64,000 bases of DNA from Octopus vulgaris (GCA_951406725.2 OX597816.1:123380001-123444000), one strand, 5' to 3'. Positions 40,401 through 52,555 are shown, counted from the first letter of the stretch. Notes: generated by a model not told the origin, from the letters alone. Made by a program: numbers and translations.

Positions 40401-41074
40401 CATGAAGTTTCAGTGTCACCAACTTGCCCAAGATGCGTGCTGGACGACGAAACCGTCCAGCACGCTTTTGTACAATGTCGGGAGCTTTCGAGCTTGATGG
40501 TTTTCGTGGAACATGAGTTGTTGCATCTGGGAAGAGTATGGCTATCAGCTGGATCTATAATAAAGATGGTACCACCAGCCAGACTCTCAAAGGAAGGTGA
40601 GGCATGTTCTCTCTGTATGGTTGCAGTACTGAAAGAATGCATATGGAAACCAAGAATGGAAGGTGTCGCGACAGGATCCTTCATCTCTGACCCCGGTTTG
40701 CTAAATTACTTCAGGTACCATCTGAAGAGCAGGATGGGGCTGGAGAGGAAAACCCTGTCATGTAGGGTATATGAGCAAAGATGGAAGGATGTGATGAGAA
40801 AGGTGGATGTGAGTAACTCAGCTTAATCATTGATGAAAGGAAAATAGATAGTCGCTGGGCCTTACAGGCTGCCAGGTGAATCTGCCCAATTTCATTTTAA
40901 ATTTAAGTAAAAAAAAGGTGGTATCAAAAAGGAAAAAGAACAAAATCAGTTAATTGTAAATAAATGAATGTCATCTGTAAATATACTCATCTGAACTCAG
41001 ATATCATTTTTGTGTGTTTGTAATGTCCTGTAATGTCCCTCTCTGTGTTTGATTGTATAATCATAGTAAAAATA
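37463..41074 (+). mobile_element. Decayed, internally deleted Tx1/L1-clade LINE
   Basis: ORF1 (LLLPTYLG...VSVEGHRPRCFKCG) is fused to the APE endonuclease C-terminus (SYLDRVF...YTDHKFV...GPGY). RT segments include NFRPITLLNVELKILANVL, followed by GGLGMP and a C-terminal CPRC..DETVQHAFVQC zinc motif. A-rich end; 20-bp TSD at 35499-35518 / 41075-41094. Confidence 0.88.
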
Positions 41075-41095
41075 TTCATTACTAGGTGGTGATTA

Positions 41096-41142
41096 ACACA
41101 CGCTGAGGATGGGTAAACATCCAGAAACTCGAGACCATATGT
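41096..41142 (+). ncRNA. Type I hammerhead ribozyme (retrozyme unit 2), cleavage triplet mutated
   Basis: acacacg-CTGAGGA-tgggt-aaac-atcca-GAAAC-TCGA-GAC-catatgt; GUC has become GAC, so probably inactive. Confidence 0.7.
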
Positions 41143-41270
41143 ATCATGTAAGGCTAGAGATGGGAGTGATGACCTCCCCTCGCAAATATTAGTTGGACAC
41201 AGAATGTGTGTCATTAGTCAGCTGGAAGAGATGTCTTCCTGGAGCAATAAACGTCAGTAGCACCATCCTG

Positions 41271-41301
<31 letters not shown>

Positions 41302-41320
41302 ATGATGATGATATATATAT

Positions 41321-41505
41321 AGGGAGAGTTTACAAAAAAAAACAAACCAAAAGACGAAGACAGGTGGTGTATAAAACAAACAGATGTATTAGTATAACGT
41401 TCAGGAATAGAAAAAGTATTTTACGTTTTGAGCCTATGCTCTTCTACAGAAAGGGACACAGAAAAAACAAGGAGAGAAAAAGTGTGTAATGGCTAACGAT
41501 CTATC
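41321..41505 (-). mobile_element. (TA)n-anchored short repeat with hammerhead-like variant (41418-41453)
   Basis: Minus strand reads cttt-CTGTAGA-a-gagc-atag-gctc-AAAAC-GTA-aaat. The tail ...cacctgtcttcgtctttt is shared with 9811-9920 and 13420-13470. Confidence 0.55.
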
Positions 41506-42578
41506 ATATGATGGGTTTCTTTCAGTTTCTGTCTTCCAAATCCACTCACAAGGCTTTGATCAGCCCAAGGCTATAGTAGAATATACTTGCACAAGCTGCC
41601 ATGCATGAGACTGAACCTGGAATCATGTGATTGAGATGCAAGCTTTTTACCACACAACCTCACCTGATTATTATTTCAAAGTCCTTACTCTAATAAGAAT
41701 TTTCTTGAAGATTTCATGATTCGATTAGACAACAATCAGAAACACATTTAGCACAGCTTCTTTACAGGACTATTATCAATTGAAAGTAACGCAACCTTTT
41801 AGCTTATTTCATTGTCATAACACAGTCCATTATTGCTATCTCTAGTTATATAGCAGGTCAATGTTGAAGCTTTGTGAGAGAGAATTGGAATTGATGTAAT
41901 GCAATTTGTTCCCTCCGACAACTGATCATATAATAATATTAATAATAACTTTTGACTGGTATGAGACAGATTGTTGATAAGAGATAAGAGAGAAGTGAGA
42001 TGCCAACTTGGTCAGTATTATCATTAAATCTTGAACATGTGCTGAATTTTTTATTAGAGCAAATGTACTTCTGTATTCTGTGTTGATACCAATATAGTAA
42101 ATAGTAATTAGTTTATTTGATTTTTTAAATTAATTCCTTCGATCTCACAGAAATACTTATGAAAGAATCATTCACAATCAAGGAAAATAATTAACTTGGT
42201 AGACATTTTTAATTTATCTAAGAGGTTTATTGTAGTAAATAAAGAATGAAGCCATTCTAAATGACAGTCGAAATGATGCCTGTCTTATTCACTGATGACT
42301 TACAATCACAGCAAAAGTCAACAACAATGTCACTTGTGATCAATAACATTAACTCAAAACTCATAATGATGGTAATGTCTTATTTTCTCATTGTTTTAAA
42401 ACTGATTGTGATGCCAAAAATGATACTGGTGATGAGAATGGTGAAGATCACAACAATGATGATGATACTAATGATGATTTTTCCTTGTCTGGAGACTAAT
42501 ATATAAATAAGTATGCTATAAGTGAAACTGTATTATTAATGATGTAGAAATAAAATGAAATATCGTTTGTTTTTCCAG

Positions 42579-42735
42579 GGCCTACGTTACATTCAAAGTT
42601 GTCCACTGAGGTATCATGGTAATTTGAAGTCTCGGAATTGTGTTATTGATAGCCGCTGGGTGTTAAAGATCACAGATTATGGTATCCCCGGCATGCTAGA
42701 AGGTGGGAAGGCTGACAGGAATCTCACAGCAGAAG
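42579..42735 (+). CDS. Receptor guanylate cyclase kinase-homology domain, internal exon B
   Basis: ttttccAG acceptor. Translates GLRYIQSCPLRYHGNLKSRNCVIDSRWVLKITDYGIPGMLEGGKADRNLTAE+G; HGNLKSRNC..D.RWVLKITDYG is the rGC pseudokinase signature. Best donor is AAG|GCAAGT (GC donor), phase 1. Confidence 0.95.
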
Positions 42736-42945
42736 GCAAGTGCTATTTTAAAAATCATTTTCTTATCATAATACAAAGAACACTTATTGTATTAATATAT
42801 AAAATATTGAAATATATAGATTCATGAGCAAACATATACACACATTTCCATATGTGTGTGTATGTACATATGCATGTGAGTGTGTGTATGTCTGTATGTT
42901 TGTGTGTGTGTGATGTAAATGTGTGTATACATACATACACATATA

Positions 42946-43034
42946 TTAGAGGTGAAATTCTTGGATAGTAGCAAGATATACTGCTTCAACAGAATGTGGT
43001 ACGTTTTCCTCAATCAAGAGCAAATGTTGGAGGC

Positions 43035-43035
<1 letters not shown>
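42946..43035 (+). pseudogene. Degenerate 18S rRNA fragment (~90 bp)
   Basis: tagaggtgaaattcttgga...gcaaga...gttttcctcaatcaagagcaaatgttggagg matches the conserved eukaryotic SSU stretch TAGAGGTGAAATTCTTGGA...GTTTTCATTAATCAAGAACGAAAGT.GGAGG. TA-rich microsatellite on both sides. Confidence 0.8.
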
Positions 43036-43081
<46 letters not shown>

Positions 43082-43099
43082 CTGTATAATAATATATCC

Positions 43100-43572
43100 T
43101 TTTATTTGTTTCAGTCATTTGACTGCAGCCATGCTGGAACACTGCCTTTAGTCGAACAAATTGACTCCAGGACATATTCTTTGCAAGCCTAGTACTTATT
43201 CTATTGGCCTCTTTTACTGAACCACTAAGTTACGGAAATGTAGATACACCAGCATTGATTGCCAAGTGATGGTGGTGGGACAAGCACAGGCACACAAACA
43301 CACACACACACACACACATGCACACACACACACACACATGCACACACACACACATGCACACACACAAACATACACACACACACATACACATATATACAAC
43401 AGGCTTCTTTCAGTTTCCATCTACTAAATCCTCTCACAAGGCTTTGGTTGGCCCAAGGCTATTATAGTAGGACACACTTGCCCAAGGTGTCACACAGTGG
43501 GACTGAAACTAGAACCATGTGGTTGGTAAGAAGCAAGCTACTTACCAGTGGCTACTTACTACGCAGCCACTC
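43100..43572 (-). mobile_element. tRNA-derived SINE
   Basis: Reverse complement of the 4739-5140 family. Confidence 0.8.
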
Positions 43573-43913
43573 TGATTTGAAGCTACAATTTATAAATACA
43601 AACGATTGAAAAATCATGAGCTAACCTTGACTCTGCTACACTCTATATAAATTCCTTACTGGGAATGACCAACTTTAAGAGGATCTTACATTGCTTATAA
43701 ACTCTATATTTGGATGGACTCATATTAAACTCTGTTGGACTTTTGGATTTTACTCAAAGGATATTGGAATATTGCATATATACCATTATGCCTATAAAAC
43801 GGATTTACAAATTCCATACCCATACATATCTTACATCTATTTTCTTTCCTCCACATCACTCTCTATTTGTATCATATCGAAACTAACTATGACTTAATTT
43901 TTCCTCTCACACT

Positions 43914-43968
43914 GTTTCCAATGAAGGGATATTATTATTAATTAATATCCTAGAAACAACTGTAAGAC
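43914..43968 (+). ncRNA. Decayed hammerhead motif (family of 48070)
   Basis: gttt-CCAATGA-ag-ggatatta...taatatcc-ta-GAAAC-AACT-GTA-agac; flanks homologous to 48060-48175. Confidence 0.5.
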
Positions 43969-44170
43969 CTTCTATCTATAAATGCTCTAATATCTATACA
44001 GCCTTGGTTTTTTATCTCATTATGCAAAAAGTTCTTATATACTCACGCTGACATAGAACCAACGTTGAACCCTTTATTCACAATATTACTGAATCTGGAA
44101 CTTAACTTTGGTCTGTCTATAGCGCTTATTCAGCATTACCTGACACCTTTGGGTCTCAATGACACCATTA

Positions 44171-44238
<68 letters not shown>

Positions 44239-44622
44239 GAATATACAAATATGTATACATATATATGTTTGTATGTATATGTCTGTGTCGTTGTTTGTGT
44301 GTATATGCCTTGACAAAAATTGGCTAGTGAAATATTTTTGTAGATTTATGGTTAGTGAAATTTTCAGCTTGCAGTAACAAAGAATAAAATTCTACAATTC
44401 ATTTTAAATGGTTTTTTCCTCCTTTTCATTTTACTCTATTCTTTTACATGAGAACCACATGGGAACACATACACATACATATATATATATTCATATACAT
44501 GTATATGTAAGTATATATATATAAATATATACACATACATGATACACATACATATTTACATACATATTCATACATACAGATATATATATATATATATATA
44601 TAATAAAACATTGTGTACAGTG

Positions 44623-44673
<51 letters not shown>

Positions 44674-44720
44674 GTATGTATGTCTATATATATATATATA
44701 TACATATATATATACACATA

Positions 44721-44788
44721 CATTAATAGTTGATGAGAATGCATTGTAGCTCTTTGCTCCTACATTCAAAACTCCTAGTACTATAATG
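44721..44788 (+). ncRNA. Decayed hammerhead motif isolated between (TA)n tracts
   Basis: cattaatag-TTGATGA-gaatg...cattc-AAAAC-TCCTA-GTA-ctataatg. Stems I and II are intact; C3 and G12 are mutated. Homologous to 10575-10681. Confidence 0.55.
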
Positions 44789-45449
44789 ACAACTTACTGT
44801 TTGTTGTAAATTATAACAACTATAAATATATATATATATACACACACACACACATATATATACATATATATATACACACACATACACACACACATATATA
44901 TACATATGTATATATACATATATGTATATATACATATATGTATGTATACATATATATATGTAAATATATATGTATGTAAATATGTATGTGTATGTATGTA
45001 TATATATATATATATATATATATACATACATGCATACACATACACACATACATATGTATGTATATATTAATGCATGTATTTTGCTTTAGGTTTTAAACAA
45101 GACAGCATGCAGATGTATTTCATATTTACAAGTCAGCTCATTCTGATATAAATAATATGAAAGTTATGTGTTTATTGTAATAAACTTTTTGCATTTATGA
45201 ACAAGATAAAGAAATTTTTCTGCACTTATTTGAAAAGCCAAATGTATAACAACAAAACATACGTGCATGTGTGTGTGTGTGTGTGTGTGTGTGTGCTTGT
45301 ACTGGCATGGTTGTGTGGTGAAGAGGTTCACTTTACAGTATTGTTTCAAGCTGTGCTGTTTCTTGGATTATATATTTACAATGACAAATGACTTGTGACT
45401 GAACCTGGTAGAGAAAATCAACACATATTTATATGATAGCTTCTGTTAT

Positions 45450-46645
45450 TTAAGTGACTGAGTCAGCATTGGAGGTGAATGCTCTGAGAGGATAGTGACT
45501 AGAATAAGAATAGGCAGGGCAAAGTTCAGAGAGCTTTGTACTTGTGTTGGTAACAAAGGGCCTCTCCCTCAGAATGAAAGGCAAACTGTATGGTATCTGT
45601 GTGTGAACAACCATGCTCCACAGCAGTGAAATGTGGGCTGTAGCCGCAGAGGCCATGTGTAGGCTCGAAAGAAATGAAGCTAGTATGCTTCACTGGATGT
45701 ACAATATCAGTATACATGTATAGCAGAGCGTGTCTTGAGAGAAAAACTGGGTATAAAAGGCATCAGATGTGGTGTGCAAGAACGAAGAATGTGCTAGTAT
45801 GATCATGTGATGTGTATGGATGAGGACAGCTGTGTAAAGAAGTGCCAATCTTTAACTGTGGAGGGGACCCCTGGAAGGGGTAGATCCAGGAAGACATGGG
45901 ACAAGGTAGAGAAGCATGATGTTCGAGTGTGGGGTCTCATGGAGGTGAAGACTAGTGATCGAGACCTTTGGCAATATACTGCACTTGAGAAGACTTGTCA
46001 AGCCAAGTGAAATCGTAGTCATGGTTGTTACTGGTGTTACGTAAATGGCATTCATGAAATCATAATTGTGGATGTTGCCAGTAGCATGATCTTCAAATGC
46101 TGGGCCTCATGGAGGTGATGACAAGTGACTGAGACCTATGGTGATAAACCAAGTAAAATCACAGTCTGTTGCCAGAGTCATGTAAATGCTACTCATGGAA
46201 TCATAGCCATGGTAATTACCAGTAGTATGATCTTCAAATATTGGGCCACACAGAGGCAAGGGACAAGGTGTTGAAGCATGATCTTCAAATATTGGGCCTC
46301 ACGGAGATGATAACAAACGACCAAGGCCTTTGCTTGTGTACTGTGCTTGAGAAGACTCGTCAAGCCAAGTGAAATCATAGTTGTGGCTATTGACAGTGTC
46401 ATGTAAATGCCACCCATGAAATCATAGCTGTGACCATTGCTGGTGTCATTTAAATGGCACCCATTCTAGTGGCACATAAAAAGTACCTATTTCACTCTTG
46501 GAGTGGTTGGCATTAGAAAGGGTGTCCAGCCATAGAAACCATACCAAATCAGGCTGCAACCTGTGCGGCTCGCTGGCTAACCAGGTTCAGTCAAACCATT
46601 TAACACCTGGAAAGCCGGCATTAAATAATGATGAGGATGATGAAT
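45450..46645 (+). mobile_element. RTE-clade LINE 3' fragment with tandemly reiterated 3' UTR
   Basis: Encodes LSLRMKGKLY...MLHSSEMW...LREKLGIKGI...HVMCMDEDSCVKKC..LTVEGTPGRGRSRKTW, a typical RTE C-terminus, followed by a (GAT)n tail. Confidence 0.8.
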
Positions 46646-47379
46646 ATACAGTATGAGAGCAACTGTATGGTTTTGAGTTTAGTCCCACTGTGTGCCACTG
46701 GGCCAACCAAAGTCTTGAGAGTAGATTTGGTTGATGAAAACCAATAGAAGCCTGTTGCACGCATATATATTTGCATGTGTGTGTGTGTCTGTGTCTGTGT
46801 AAATGTATGTATATATGTGTGTGTGTATTACTGTTTCCTTCTCTTGACAATACATTTTAGTTGGAAACAAGTGTCACTATCATACAAGAGGTGTCCTTCA
46901 TTTCCAGTCTTTTGCAAAACTATATCTGATCTTGGGGAAATACTACATTCCTTGGAAACATGTGAGGGTTGATGACCAGAAGAGCATTTGGTGATAGAAA
47001 ATCTGCTTCAACAAATTGTGGCCAACTCATGTGAACATGGAAAAGTGAACATTAAAATAATGATGAAGATATTACTCAATTATGACATTTATATTGAACA
47101 ATAGTAATTAAATTGCTGTTTGTGTAATATTCAATATAGGGAACACCAAAAACCCTAATTAGAAATTGTAATGTGGTGAGATAAAGACAATATCATTTTC
47201 TATAATAATATTTTTACATTATTAAGGCAGCAAGCTGGCAAAATCATTATCATGCTGAACAATATGCTAGCGGCATTTCATCCATTCTGCCTGCATTGCC
47301 TTTCATCATTTTGGGGTCGATAAAATAAGTACCAGTTGAGACTGAGGTTGATGTTATCGATTTAAACCTTCTGAAATTC

Positions 47380-47598
47380 CTGTCCTTGTGCCAAAATCTG
47401 AAAGCAATATTTTTACATTAACATTTTACATCTAATGATGCAGGAATGGCTGTGTGGTAAGAAGCTTGCTTCCCAGCTACATGGTTCTGGGTTCAGTCCC
47501 ACTGCATAGCACCTTAGGCAAGTGTCTTCTACTATAGCCCCAGGTCGAACAAAGACTTGTGAGTGGATTTGGTAGAGAGAAACTGAAAGAAGGCCATC

Positions 47599-47654
<56 letters not shown>

Positions 47655-47874
47655 GACGGGCTACTTTCAGTTTCCATCTACCAAATCCACTCACAAGGCT
47701 TTGGTCAGCCTGCGGCTATAAGTAGAAGACACTTGCCTAAGGTGCCATGCAGTGGGACTGAACTTGGAACCATGTGGTTGGGAAGCAAACTTCTTACCAC
47801 ACAGCCACTCCTGTATCATTAGGAGTATAATGTTAATGTAAAAATATTGCTTTCAAATTTTTGCACAAGGACAG
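47380..47874. repeat. ~220-bp inverted duplication centred on an (AT)n tract
   Basis: The 5' half of a SINE plus about 60 bp of its upstream flank (ctgtccttgtg...gcaatatttttacattaacatt) is mirrored across (AT)n 47600-47652. Confidence 0.9.
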
Positions 47875-48069
47875 TAATATATTTAATTTTAAATACTATT
47901 GGAACTTACACAAAAGGTAATGGAAGCTTATATGTATGCCATTCTGTTTAAATAATGGAACTGCACATACAACATCCCTGCATATCTCATGCCTGTTTTC
48001 AATCCTCCACTTCACTTTCTATTTCATATCTTCTCTAGAATAACTATTTCTTAACCATTTTCTCACGCT

Positions 48070-48117
48070 GTCTCCGATGAAGGGATATGTAAAATATCCT
48101 GGAAACAGCTGTAAGAC
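48070..48117 (+). ncRNA. Hammerhead ribozyme variant (CCGAUGA core)
   Basis: gtct-CCGATGA-a-gggatat-gtaaa-atatcct-g-GAAAC-AGCT-GTA-agac. Perfect stem I and palindromic ACAGCTGT; about 60 nt upstream of (AT)n. Confidence 0.7.
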
Positions 48118-48174
48118 CTTCTCTTTATAAATGTTCTGGAATCTTTCACAGCCTTGGATTTTCATCTCATTCTG

Positions 48175-48234
<60 letters not shown>

Positions 48235-49066
48235 TTGTGTGTCTGTGTTTGACCCTCCACCATCACTTGACAACCAATGCTGGTGTGTTTACATCCCCGT
48301 AACTTGGCACTTCAGCAAAAGAGACTGATAGAATACTATGCTTACAAAGAATAAGTCCTAGGGTCAATTTGCTTGACTAAAGGTGGTACTCCAGCATGGC
48401 TGCAGTCAAATGACTGAAACAAGTAAAAGAATAAAAGAATGATTTACAATTTTCTACATCTATTTAGTGAAGCTCTCTAAATTACTTTGCCAATTCGAGT
48501 CAAGTCTGTGCTCTACTAAAGAAGTTTAACAAAACCAAAAACTGTCTATATTACCTAGCATGCTTAATGCGATGATAAGCCTTATAAGTTTAATTGCAAT
48601 ATTATTCTATATTTCTCACCACATAATTATTTTTAATTTGATTATTAATGCTCTTTATATCAAATATGTTAATAACTAACTTAGCTGTTGTTTCATGTTG
48701 TTTCACCCCTGAAGAATTCACATTAGTTATTACAACATTGTCATCGTTGTTAGCATTGTAATAAAGTGACATTGACCTGTCTCATGGGATTACTCAATTC
48801 ATTATATTTAATCAGCCTTTTTTTTTAAATTTAAAATGATTCCAGTTTGATGTGTTATACAGTGTTTTATTCACATAAGCCTTAACCTGAACCTATAACA
48901 GTTTTGATGATTATTTCCCCATTTGTATTTGGGACATTTCAAATCCCCCTTCTAAATATTAGCTAAGTTGCTGTTAACTTCACTTTGGAAAAATTGCATG
49001 TGTTTTGTTTAACTATGATATAAATAAAACAAACTTTGTAAATAACCATTTTCATATGTTTCACAG

Positions 49067-49216
49067 ATATGCTTTGGTTTGCTCCAGAAGTCCTTCGAAA
49101 TATGAATTCTAAAGGACGATGGTTAGATAAAAGTGATGTGTACAGTTTATCAATAATAATGCAGGAAATAATTTTAAGAAATACCCCCTACTCCAGCCAT
49201 GGCCTTTCAGCTGAAG
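49067..49216 (+). CDS. Receptor guanylate cyclase kinase-homology domain, internal exon C
   Basis: ttcacAG acceptor and AAG|GTAAGT donor, phase 1/1. Translates (D)MLWFAPEVLRNMNSKGRWLDKSDVYSLSIIMQEIILRNTPYSSHGLSAE, with the LW.APE and DVYS..II.QEI..R..PY motifs of rGCs. Confidence 0.95.
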
Positions 49217-50615
49217 GTAAGTAATGACTTATAAACACGATTATTTTTATGGAGATAGCTAATTTAGCAGTGTGCCAAACTAAATGGAAAAGTATTTTGA
49301 TTCTTCTCTAGTCCATTAGTTGAAGTTCAACTGAAGTTAATGAAATATTTGTCAGTTACATGCTGGATTGATTCAGTCAATTATATATGCTTTGTTACAA
49401 AATTGCTCTTAATTTGTTAAAAGAAATCATTCATTTGTAATGTTTATAAAAAAACAGGTGGTAGAGTAGTCAGCAGTGTTTGGACTAAATATAATTTACT
49501 TTCTGAAATCAGAAACAAGTGTAATATACAGCAAAGGTTAGTTTAAGTGACTGTACACAACCCCTCATAAAAATTGGTTACAGCCATAGTTAAAAGAAAC
49601 TAATGGCTTTATATCAATAGTTGAAGCTGAGTCAAGTCAGCATTAATCTAAGTGTATTTTAAAATTTCATTAATCTCATTTCTGAATTCAAACACTACCA
49701 CTGCTAATTTTGCTTTTAATTCCTCTTTTGGGGTAGGTGACAGAGAAATACCTGTAATAAATCGAGATGGGTTTATTTGTTTATTCTCGTTGCCTAAAAG
49801 GATTGTTTTTGTATCTAACAAAGAAAAAAAAAAAAAGAAAAGAAAATGCCTTACATTGATAATACTACATTACTAATAATGGAAGATTGCTTTTGTAATA
49901 TCAGTGCATGTATTATTTTATGAAAGGTTTCAGACTGGAGAGCTTTTTTCCAATCAATAGCTTGGCTTTGAAAAGATCACAAAATACTTCAGCTCCAAAC
50001 AATTGTTGACTCTCTACCCTTTGTTGGAGTACTACTCAAGAAGTTTTGGCAGAGTACAGATGCTATGCAAACAACATTGTTCACAATATAAGAATAAAAT
50101 CATCAGATCAATAGACAAATATTCACTCATCTACACAATGCAACCACTTGTGCACAAGTATCCTCTATCCAAATTTTACTTTCCTATTACAATTTCAATC
50201 ATTTCTGATCCTTTGAACTACCAAGCTGTATACTAGCCCTATACAAACCAGGATAATATGATGCTTACATATCATCTTTTTCTATGCCTATTGTCCCATT
50301 ACTTCAAACCACATATAGAACTACATTCTACTTCCTCCACTCAGAAAATGTACTCTTCTGGGACATACTTCCCATGCCAGAATTTTGTTTGTAGGAACTT
50401 GACCAATTGTTCATGACCCTAGAAAAGTTAACGCTGCACATCAACAAATCCCACTGTCTGCTCGTGGTCTAGAATAGCCTGAATAGACAACAAACTCCAA
50501 ATAAAGGATGAATTATCAAAATAAATCTGATTTACATTTCACTGCTCAGTTTAAGTGCATCCAACTATAAAAAGTACATACCAATATGAAAGACAGGTGT
50601 TAAATGATGATGATG

Positions 50616-50670
<55 letters not shown>

Positions 50671-50671
50671 A

Positions 50672-50711
<40 letters not shown>

Positions 50712-50774
50712 ATGTGTGTGTGTGTGTGTGTGTATATGTATGTATATGTATGTTTGTATGCATGCATGTATGTA

Positions 50775-51150
50775 TGTGTATGGTAAGAAGTTTGTTTCCC
50801 AACCAAAGGATTCTGGGTTCAGTTCCACTACATAGCACCTTAGACAAGAGCCTTCAACTATCGCGATGGGCTGACTAAAGCCTTGTGAATGGATTTGGGA
50901 AACAGAAGCTGAAAGAAGCCCATCATGTGTATGTGTGTGTATGTTTGTCCATCACCATCACTTGACGACAGGTGTTGGTGTGTTTACACCCCCATATACA
51001 TACATAACGTAACAGTCTGGCAAAAGAGACAGGTATAATAAGAATCCACCTTATAAAAGTAAATAAGTACTAAGGTCGATTCATTCATCTAAAATTCTTC
51101 AAGGTGATGCCCCACCATGGTCATAGTCTACTGACTGAAAAAAAAGATAA
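50775..51150 (+). mobile_element. tRNA-derived SINE
   Basis: Same family as 4739-5140. Confidence 0.75.
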
Positions 51151-52555
51151 AAGGTAAAGTGTACACAATCTGAAGTTTGCAGCAATCCATTAGAAATGGT
51201 TTCATGGAAGCTTAGAGAACTTTTTTCTTTTGGAAGTGGCTTCAAATTAGTTAATTACATATCAGAGGAATTGGTGATAAATAACTAAATAAATAAATAA
51301 TCATTCTCTATGCAATCAAATGTTCACTAAAATTTTATGCAGTTCTATTTTCATGCTTAATTCTAAACTTTTGAAATAGAAACCAATTCTAAAGTGATGT
51401 TAACTTAGAAGATAACTTCATATCTACTGCTTGTTGATATACCTACATATATCTAATGAAGTGTTGCATAAAGATGTATGATGTGGAAAATCACAGAAAC
51501 AATATATGATGACACTCATAGAAATGATGATGATTAAGTAGTGGTGATAATGGTAGTGATGTTGTCAATATTTTCATTGCAAATGGTTTATAATGATTGA
51601 CATTAATGATGGTTTCTGATACTTACACTAAGTCTCAAAACTTCCAGGACGTGAAGAACATAATCAATTTGATCGATCTCTTTGCCTGTATTTGACTGGT
51701 AATAATTACTGATAATCTTGTAAGGATAAAAAAGAAATTCAGCCTCAGTGGGATTTGAACATTTTGCATAGATATAACTGAATACCACAGGGCATATTAC
51801 CTGTCATCCTGACTATAGCACCTGCCAGTTAACTGCTTTTTTGGTGTGTTTAGTCCTGACGACCATTATGCATGTCAGTAATTTTTCCTTTAAATGCCAA
51901 AATATATTTTTATTTTGAATAGTTAATAGATTTTTCAAATCCAATATAATTTCCCCTTGCTCTGCTCACCCAAAAGGAAGTATGTTCTATCATACCTGCA
52001 CACTCCACCATGATTGCATCCACAGGTCCCTTGCCTTGACCTTCTGCAAATGACCTTCCACCAATGCCCTTGAGCCTGGCAAAAAGAGTTTGACCAATGC
52101 ACACACCAAGGCACCTATGTACACACATACCCCTATAAATCTCCTACCACCCCCTATACATACCCCTTCACACAAATTATACCCCCACATATACACAGAC
52201 CTCCTCATACACATTACACACTGCATACTAACATAACCCCTGCCCCACTGGCTTTATCCCTTACAGAAAGAAAACAGACCAATGAACACAGCTATATATA
52301 TACCTACACCTCTGGAAAAAATTATTCATACGACACTGCTATGCATAGCACACACCCCATCCCCACAGGAGCACCATATTAATGATATGCACTTTCCATA
52401 CTTCAAGATAACTCTTGCCAACTTCACAACATACCCAACCAAGGGACATAACACCTAAAATAATCCCCTGGTCCCTTTCAGTTCCAACACCTTTTTCAAA
52501 GTTGTGCTAATCCACCTCCAGCAATAGAGAGCAGTCACTATATTCCCTTCCATAT

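Larger units (their letters stand above)
35042..41273 (+). mobile_element. Non-LTR retrozyme-like tandem repeat (357-bp unit, one HHR per unit), split by two LINE insertions
   Basis: Unit 1 starts about 35079 and unit 2 starts about 35436 (gatcagtgacagtttg...gcatatagtatttt). Unit 2 is interrupted at 35518, resumes at 41095 and ends in (TA)n at 41273. Both units carry the HHR. 35042-35074 is a short inverted piece of the same unit (reverse complement of about 35390-35422). Confidence 0.8.

Noticed and set aside
42555-42827. 90-aa ORF as a standalone kinase-like gene
   Set aside because: Only 42579-42735 is exon; the remainder is intron read-through.
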